From Paraspadella gotoi (lineage: Eukaryota; Animalia; Chaetognatha): a stretch of 64,000 nucleotides of DNA. The notes under the pieces were generated by a model that searched no databases, was not told the DNA's origin, and worked only from the letters and a program-made list of their open reading frames with translations. The stretch's first letter is position 1, and each line of letters begins with the position of its first letter. Shown one piece after another: positions 56,901-64,000 of this stretch. The stretch is from assembly GCA_051294375.1 (NCBI GenBank), contig CM119271.1:4969579-5033578 (forward strand). Direction: 5' to 3'. A program made the translations under genes and the position numbers.

Positions 56901-59900
56901 AACGGCAAAAAGAACCCGCACGTGGCTCGACAGCCACGCCTTGAATTGCCTCTTTGAAGTTAAATTTTGACTGATCCGCTAATATCCACACGACAACTTA
57001 AAGCATGAACTTAAGCGAAAAATTCTGGAGGCTCATTTCATTTCTAAATCATACTTTGCCCAACCTTAATGCCACTGGTATTGCAACTTTCATTCTACAA
57101 ATTAATAAAAGAATAATATGTCAACAGAAACTTTAGCGAAAGAGTGTTGATTGATTATTAATATTAGTTTTTTGAATAAAATTGATTATTTTCTTCGATG
57201 GTTATAATTGATTGTGTAACTCCAAACAAGTAAATCAAAAATTCAATTTATGCATCGCAAAGATGCAGTGAGAAATAAATAATTCCGTACTAAGGACAAA
57301 AAACGAAATAACGTTTAAGAATAGAGAATGGCATAGGAGTGTAAAGACAAGATATTTGTCAAAAAATCAATAGAATTGCTAAATCGTGAGTGGACATGTT
57401 TTTCCAACGGTGTGGATTGACTGTGCCCCCCGCCAATCCTTCGCTCGGCCAGCCCAAAAAGAGCGAAAAAGGTTTTCATCCGAGGTTTAAAGCCGAGATT
57501 TTCCGGGCAAGAATCGTTTAACGAGAGACGTAAAAACCCGGAAATCCCCGGCGCGACGCCGATTGCCGCCGGAAACGCCCGGTAAAAAAAAAAATGGCCG
57601 GAAATCGGTGGAGGCGCGGCCGCGAGGAGGATCGATTTCGTGACCGCGAGGGAGGGGGGGCGGGGGTGTAATACCGTGCGGGAAGTCAAATCAGTGGAGC
57701 GCCGAGTCAATTGGGGTTATCGCCGCGTGGCGTTGTGGGCTTTGCGGATATGATTTTTCTGTATCAGTTGGAAAAAAAAAAAACAAAAGAGAAAAAGAAA
57801 CGGGGGCAAAGGAGAAAATCTCGCGATCAAGCGAGGAAGCAATCAAGCAAGCGAGCAAGCAAGCGACCTGACGAGCTGCTTCCCGCACTGAAGACGCGCG
57901 GNNNNNNNNNNNNNNNNNNNNNNNNNCCCCTTCAAGGTAAACTTTTTGCATCAGTTTTTAAAAACGGCGGGAGAAATGAGATTTTTCTTTACATTCTGGA
58001 GGAAGTACGAACCCAATCACCTTCTATAGGACGAATGACTCAACAAAAAAGCGCCTCATATGGTGGACTAAATCCCCAACCGTTCATCAGCGGCCATTGG
58101 TGCAGGAGGCAAGTCATTCGCCTTCCAACCAAAGGTCCGGGTTCTATGCCGGTGGTCGCCTTGCAGTTAAGGAGGGACGGGTCGCTCAACCCGCCTGTAA
58201 CCCGGCGTTACAGCCTGATCCGAAGCTCAGGGACTGCTTATATTGACCGGTTCTGTCACTAACTCATAACAATTAATACCGTCTCTTCACTCACTTCATT
58301 AAGGACCCGCCCCGCCCCTTCTCCCTTTTTCACCCAACTTCCTCTCCCAATGAACGCTTTCGATCAAACCCCCCCGTCTTTCCCCCCCCCCGCCAATCCT
58401 TCGCTCGGCCAGCCCAAAAAGAGCGAAAAAGGTTTTCATCCGAGGTTAAAGCCGAGATTTTCCGGGCAAGAATCGTTTTACGAGAGACGTAAAAACCCGG
58501 AAATCCCCGGCGCGACGCCGATTGCCGCCGGAAACGCCCGGTAAAAAAAAAAATGGCCGGAAATCGGTGGAGGGCGGGCGCGAGGAGGATCGATTTCGTG
58601 ACCGCGAGGGAGGGGGGGCGGGGGGTGTAATACCGTGCGGGAAGTCAAATCAGTGGAGCGCCGAGTCAATTGGGGTTATCGCCGCGTGGCGTTGTGGGCT
58701 TTTGCGGATATGATTTTCTCGTATCAGTTGGAAAAAAAAAAACAAAAGAGAAAAAGAAACGGGGGCAAAGGAGAAAATCTCGCGATCAAGCGAGGAACAA
58801 TCAAGCAAGCGAGCAAGCAAGCGACCTTGACGAGCTGCTTCCCGCACTGAAGACGCGCGGCCTCGAGTTGTTCGAGCGACCACTGAGGGTCGTTGTTGTC
58901 GTCGTCCTTGAAAAATATCTCGAGCTTGGGAGGAGCGAACGTGTAACCTTCGGGCACGCCGGGGTTGCGCTGGAAACGGGATTGTTAAAAATACAATGTA
59001 AGTAATGTGAGAAATTTAAATGGTATGGCGACGGAGGTTTTCTTTTTTTTTTTGTCATACGTGCAATTATTTTATATTTTTAAATTTATTGCTTCAAAAA
59101 ATCTGAAACGGGAGTAAAACCGAAAATTTTCCCTTTCATTTTACTCATTTTCTCAACGTCCTGTCGATAAAAGGGCAAAAACGTTTATCCAAGCCAACTT
59201 TACTTGAGAAAGATCCGGTTGCCAAGCGAGCGTCAGCCCATTCGATGGAATCATGGAACATTTCTGGCCACGAAGGAAGTTGAATCATAACGAGAGATGA
59301 AATGTGTCGAAATGCCTGACAATCTGATTGAAAGAAACCGGATAAGGGGAGAGAGGAAACGTCGATGTTATAATTATGTTTTTTATTTAATTTAAACTTA
59401 AAAATAAAGTTTTTTTCCCAATTTTTTTTTTTTTTGAAAGCATTAAATTATTGAAATGTTTTATTACAAACGATTATTATTTCGAATATTATATTTCAAT
59501 TTATATAACACGACTTTTACTTCACCGGATTACTAAAGTTCAAGTGTGGCGTATATTTCACACCCGCCTCACCTCCACCATCCGTCAAGCCAAATCCATT
59601 GGTCAGAGGGGGAACACACCATCAGGCGTAGTGTTCCATCCACAGTCCTAACGACTTCTCCTCTGCGCTGTTGGCAAAGCGCGAGACCGTCCTAGGGGTA
59701 ACCGCGCCATGACCTGGAGGCTGTCACTGAGTGTCGGAAAGCCCCCAAAGCCAACAGTGAGATCCCCCATCCAATGGGCATCACAGGCAACTCCCCACGG
59801 GCTGTTGCCATAAGTGGTGAGCCCCTACTATCGAACACGCACCTTCTCAGGGTTACGCTCTACGACAAACGCCTATGCCCTGCCGATCTTCGGGTTACGC

Positions 59901-62900
59901 TACGACCAAACGCAAATAATGCCCCTGGGCGTACGCTACCGACCAAACGCCTATGCCCCCACAGACTTCTGCGCTCTCTCTTCTCTCCCACTATGGTAAC
60001 AGTCTTTCAGACACCTCTCAGGATTGAGGAACCTGCACTAGTGATGTCTTGGCCCGGGGATCCTTTTGTGGCGGTAGTATTCACCACCGCCTCACGGTCC
60101 TACCATCCGTCAGCAAATCCATTGGCTCAGAGGGGGCAACACACCATCCAGGCGTAGTGTTTCCATCCACAGTCACTAAACGACTTCCCTCCTCGTTTGG
60201 CAAAGCGAGACCCGTCTTAGGGTAACGCTTGCCAGTTGACTGGAGGCGTCCCACGAGCGGTCCGGAAAGCCCCCCCAAAAGCCAACAGTGAGATGCCCCA
60301 TCCCAATGGGCATCACAGTGCAACCGGCTGTTGCCATACAAGCTCCTTTTTTATACAAGAATAATCTCACAACGCACAATTTTGCTATCAACTCGATAAC
60401 TCCCACTCGCTATCCTACTCTCTTGCTCTCATCATCTCGCCGTAGTATTGGTTCTCTCGCGTGGTGTTTACCGCCAGAATTTGGACGTGAGTTTTCTCCC
60501 GCGGCAGAGACTTTCTCTTTTTTTCTTAGCCTTTGTTTAACTTTTCTCTCTCGATCCGTTCTTCTCTTTTTCTCCTACTCACTTTTTCATCCAATTACTA
60601 ACAAATTCTTTAGTTTCCTCTGACATCTCTCGTTCTTTCTTTCAGTTTTTCTCCAAGTTACGCAATCCCTACCAAACTTAAACTTTCACCTGCATTGATA
60701 ACTGCATTTGCTTCCCTATTTCATCTACTTGTAGCCATTGCATCTTTAAGAACAATTCCCCATTTTGCTCCAAGTAAAGCTTTTCTTCTCCAACCTTTAC
60801 CTCCAAAATTTTTAAAAAAACCGTTTGACCCCGAATAAAATATATATTTCTTTTTCCCAACTTCTGTATCCCCCATTCTCTCCTCCCTTACATCTCCGGA
60901 GTCTTCAACCCCTCCCCCCAATCTGCTCCCCTCGCACCTCCGTAATTCTTTCAAAAACTCGAATCCTGCCCGAGGTTTTCATCTCTCTCGTTTAGAGTCG
61001 GTTGTCGATTAGCGTCATTTAAATTTCATTAGTTTTTTCAGTTTTTCTTACCCTGAATATTACAAGATTCCTGCCAATTCCCCCCCCCTTCTTAACACCT
61101 AACTCCTGTTGGCAACTTACCAAACTAACGCCACTTACCTTCAGCCGCGCCACGTGGACCTTATGTCCCGCGTGACCGTCGCCATCTTCGAAATCCTGGA
61201 AAGAGCGTGGGCGCGATGCGACGTCACCCTCGTCGACATGAAGATCGAATTCGGATTCGTCGACGGCGAAGATGACGTCATCGTCCTCGCTGACGTCATC
61301 GATTCCGATTCGTGGAGAATCTGGCCAATGGGAGACAAGCGTCTCATGAAGGACAAGCAGGTGGGCAAGGGGGGAATATTTATTAAATTACTTTAAGGGA
61401 AATTTCTAGTTAAATACAAATAAAGTTGTTAAGCTTTCCTACGATTTCTTGTAATTTTTTTTGGTGTCTCATGAAGCTAATTTTAAAACGACTGGATAAA
61501 ATATCTGAATCAGTGATTCTTTTTTTTTTTCTAAGTGTGACGATGAATGCCGTGAGACATTTTTGTGTACACCTAAATTAAGATTGTCACGAATCGGTAA
61601 AATAAATGATGCTTGGGTCTTTGAGGTAGGCAACAGTAAATAGTCAACGTTGTCGTCGTCGGCGAAAAAGTATCACAGAGAAATGGCGCGGACCAAGGTC
61701 GAATAAAATGTCGAGAAAAAAAAACTTACTACAATTTCTCTTCATTTCTCTCTCTTTCTCTCTCTGGCTTCTGTCCTCGTGATTTTCTTAGCGAAATGAT
61801 TAATGAGGAACTCGGCTCTTTCGCCGAGATAAGGCAGCGGCGTTTAAGGCTCTCATTTTCCCTTTCAGAAAAAAAAAAGGACGGGGACTTAATTGAACCG
61901 ATCAAACGTTTATTCGAAAAAACCGAGGGGAGGGATGGAGAGGGAGTGGAGAGAGAGAGAGAAAGAGAGTTTGTGTGTGTGTGTGTGTCGGAGCGGAGAG
62001 TGGCAATGAGATGAAAAAGAGATTAATAGAGAGAGGAAGAAAGAATGGAACGAACTGAGATCCGAAGCGAATTAATTCATGAATGATCTCGCTATGATCT
62101 CGCGATTGTTGTGTAATTAAACGCCATCTGGCGATATGAACTCTTTTAAAGCTTGGCCAACTGCAGATTATATTTGAAACGAAATTTAGGAAAGTAAAAA
62201 AAATCATTTGACCTAAAAATCAAAATAAAATAACGTTTAAAATAAAGATCAACTACCGGATTTTGGAAAGGGGGGAAAAAGAATGGGGTTGAGAGCAAGA
62301 AGAAGGGGAGTTAAAAAGTGAGAGTGAGAGAGACAACGCAGTATAGAAAAAAAAAGAGAGAGAGAGAGAGCGAGTGACTCCAGGAATATAAGGGGTAGAA
62401 CCTCACCAGTCTCTCGATGACGCGACTCACCGTCTCGGACCATAAATCTTTTTCTCGCCCGCAGTTTGTCATGAGAAAGTTTACGCCTCGTTGATTTATG
62501 CGCAATTCTGAGAGTAGTACACGCGCGGCGCGCGCAGGCGGGCAAAACATTTGCGCCGGCGCGCGGAACTGCGAATTCGCGTAGCGTGCGTCGTGCGTAG
62601 CGCGCGGTGCACATCGGGGGTTCAAAGTGGTTTGAGAGTCATTGCGGTGAATGACTGACCATAGGTGACTGTTGCGGCAGGTTGTTTCGTATGATCATGA
62701 CTGACTTTGATACCCCGCCTTCTCCCTCTACCCCCCCTCTCCCTCTACCACCCCTACTCCTTTACCCCCCTTCTCCCTCTACCCCCTCTCCTTCTCCCCT
62801 TCCCCCCTCTACCCCCCTTTCTCCCCTACCCCTCTACCCCCCTTTCTCCTCTACCCCCTTTTCCTCCCTCTAAACCCCCGCTCGTTCCAAACGCCAAGGT

Positions 62901-63823
62901 ATACCGCGACCTCAAGGAAGTGACCCCGGCCGACTTGGCCAAGGTCAAGCTCAACTTCGAGTGGATCGTCGACGAGCTCCCCAAGTTTCTCGTCCCCGCC
63001 CGGCCGGGTCGAGTCGTCATCGTCATGGGGTCCAAATCGGATTCGAAGCATTGCGGTCTCATCCAGAGGACGTTGGCGGATATTTGCGTCCAGGTTGAGA
63101 CGAGAGTGGTGTCGGCGCACAAGGCGACGGAGGTAAGGGGTGGGTAGGGGGTTGGGGTGGTTATTGATTAATGGGGATGGAGTGGATTAGAAAGTGATCG
63201 ATTCGAGCTCAAAATATCTTAAAAGACGGTGAACTTGAAAGACGAAGACGACGAATCATTTATACTTTGATAATTAAAGTCAGCGGATTCCACCCATTCC
63301 TTTTTTTAGTTTTTTTTTTTTTTTAGTATCGGTAACGAAATTTTATTTAATATTTGCGCCGTTTTTGCTTCATTATAAATATAAACATATTTTTCTGACT
63401 TCGCTGAGGCGGCTTTTATTTCTTTAATCTTTTAAGTTATAACATCGGTTTATTTTTAATTCTTTTGTCCAGCCGAGGATCCACTGGGATCTAGTATGTA
63501 TTTATTATCTACTAATAAAATTGAGAATTGAAATAAAAAGTTTTCTATTACTTTAAATCGCCTAATTATTAATTAATCCTCCCTCTCTCTTTACACCCCG
63601 ACTGTTCTCACCATCTCTTCCGTCTCTCGCCAGGCTACACTTTCTCTGCTTCAAGCCTACGAATCCGACGCCGTACCGACGGTTCTCGTCGCCGTGGCGG
63701 GACGTAGCAACGGGCTCGGCCCCGTTTTGGCGGGAAACACCTCGCTGCCCGTCGTCAACTGCCCGCCGCTGGAGGGACCCTGGGCTACGAGCGACGTTTG
63801 GTCTTCGCTGCGGCTACCATCGG
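47948..63823 (+). CDS. PAICS: Bifunctional SAICAR synthetase / AIR carboxylase (PAICS, ade2/ade5-type); 3' end lies outside the window; exon 4 truncated in the forward orientation
   Basis: Exons: 47948-48040 ([23 protein letters not shown]), 48668-48806 ([11 protein letters not shown]...[10 protein letters not shown]), 49613-49728 ([18 protein letters not shown]), 49966-50073 (RNPGVPEGY...[13 protein letters not shown]), 61145-61360 ([10 protein letters not shown]...[14 protein letters not shown]...KDKQ), 62899-63132 (VYRDLKEVT...VMGSKSD...VSAHK), 63634-63823 ([16 protein letters not shown]...SSLRLPSG). Confidence 0.95.
51921..51955 (+). mobile_element. 5' fragment of the tRNA/twister repeat in noisy sequence duplicating 57927-58095
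   Basis: ggggactaaaatccacaaccgttcatccaagcgg matches the element's 5' end. The upstream flank 51730-51920 resembles 57927-58060. Confidence 0.55.
54473..54690 (-). mobile_element. Dispersed repeat copy 2: 5' hairpin + tRNA-Gly-like head + twister-like module
   Basis: Reverse complement reads gtggactaaaaaccaccaacgttcatca-gcagccattggtgccgaggcaagtcattcgcctcccaaaccctaaggtccggggttctagcccgtggtcgt-ctgcagttaagagggacggggcgcttaatccgctgtaacatggtgttacctcctgatccgaagctcaggactgc. Twister part at 54589-54518. Confidence 0.8.
56040..56260. repeat. Degenerate ~20-30 bp tandem repeat (ttggttatcatcgcatcaa / aatgaatgactat)
   Basis: Repeated motifs visible by eye. Confidence 0.6.
58062..58291 (+). mobile_element. 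Dispersed repeat copy 3: 5' hairpin + tRNA-Gly-like head + twister-like module
   Basis: tRNA-like segment 58090-58159 with acceptor GCGGCCA/TGGTCGC, A-box-like TGGTGCAGGAGG and B-box-like GGTTCTATGCC. It has the same 5' and 3' boundaries as copy 1. Confidence 0.82.
58163..58237 (+). ncRNA. Candidate twister ribozyme (P5-type permutation), copy 3, best preserved
   Basis: GCAG-UUAAG-GAGG-GA-CGGG-UCGCU-CAA-CCC-GC-CUGUAAC-CCGGC-GUUACAG-CCUGA-UCCG-AA-GC-UCAGG-G-A-CUGC. P3, P4 and P5 pair perfectly; T1 is UCCG/CGGG and T2 is GC/GC. Confidence 0.62.
59545..60338 (+). mobile_element. Non-autonomous miniature LTR retroelement (TRIM-like), subfamily B, with 4-bp TSD
   Basis: LTR1 59545-59812 and LTR2 60067-60338, both TGTGGC...GCCATA. 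PBS-like TGGTGAGCCC at 59815. TSD CAAG at 59541-59544 and 60339-60342. Empty site at 49383-49386 (cttg) in the forward PAICS copy. The internal region has three ~40-bp tandem units (ggttacgctacgaccaaacgcctatgccc). Confidence 0.88.
62712..62880. repeat. C-rich minisatellite (ccctctaccccc-like units) upstream of a PAICS splice acceptor
   Basis: Recurrent cctctacccc units. Confidence 0.85.
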
Positions 63824-64000
63824 GTGAGTTAATGGGTAATGAACGGGCTAAGGATAGTCTAATAGACGTGACATCGTGGATTCGGCTGAATGATTTATGG
63901 TGAGTAGAAATCGGTTGTCACTGACATAGCTTTTCGGAATCAAAGAAATAGCATAACTGTATTATAATTTTTAAAATCTCAAGGAAATTAAACGTATACA

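Larger units (their letters stand above)
57425..58860. repeat. ~480-bp duplication (57425-57901 vs 58385-58860) flanking a 25-N gap
   Basis: Near-identical sequence, including the 3' part of PAICS exon 4 on the minus strand. Confidence 0.9.
50074..60965 (-). other. Inverted second copy of the PAICS interval from the end of exon 2 to intron 5 (contains the only complete exon 4 and intron 4)
   Basis: 60965-58860 is the reverse complement of ~48775-50073. Complete exon 4 at 58969-58826 (48 codons, ending [16 protein letters not shown]|gt). Frameshifted exon 3 at ~59316-59203. Heavily indel-ridden exon 5 at ~51530-51255. 50074-50580 is a noisy reverse complement of ~61430-61720. Confidence 0.85.

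Noticed and set aside
58090-58159. Functional tRNA-Gly gene
   Set aside because: The anticodon stem does not pair well, the anticodon region differs between copies, the T-loop deviates from TTCRA, and it is embedded in a dispersed repeat. Treated as a tRNA-derived head.
59845-59960. CRISPR-like spaced repeats (also 52455-52730)
   Set aside because: Eukaryotic context, degenerate units without regular unique spacers, and no cas genes.

Overview
Eukaryotic (animal, probably invertebrate) genomic DNA from a gapped, long-read-patched assembly. Four intron-containing genes are recognisable: a PHD+JmjC KDM7/PHF8-family histone demethylase (minus strand, runs off the window start), tankyrase (minus, complete), a secreted astacin metalloprotease with two ShK domains (minus), and PAICS (plus, runs off the window end, with its middle scrambled by a ~11 kb inverted second copy). 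Positions ~18-46 kb are microsatellite-rich, contain no recognisable gene, and are largely duplicated around N-gaps, probably through assembly over-filling. The most interesting signal is a ~230-bp dispersed repeat (3 copies plus a fragment). It has a 5' hairpin, a tRNA-Gly-like Pol III head, and directly downstream a sequence that fits the twister self-cleaving ribozyme topology (P5-type permutation), including both pseudoknots. There are also two related non-coding mini-LTR retroelements (TRIM-like) with covarying LTR hairpins; one has a 4-bp TSD and a matching empty site elsewhere in the window. All alignments and folds were done by eye.
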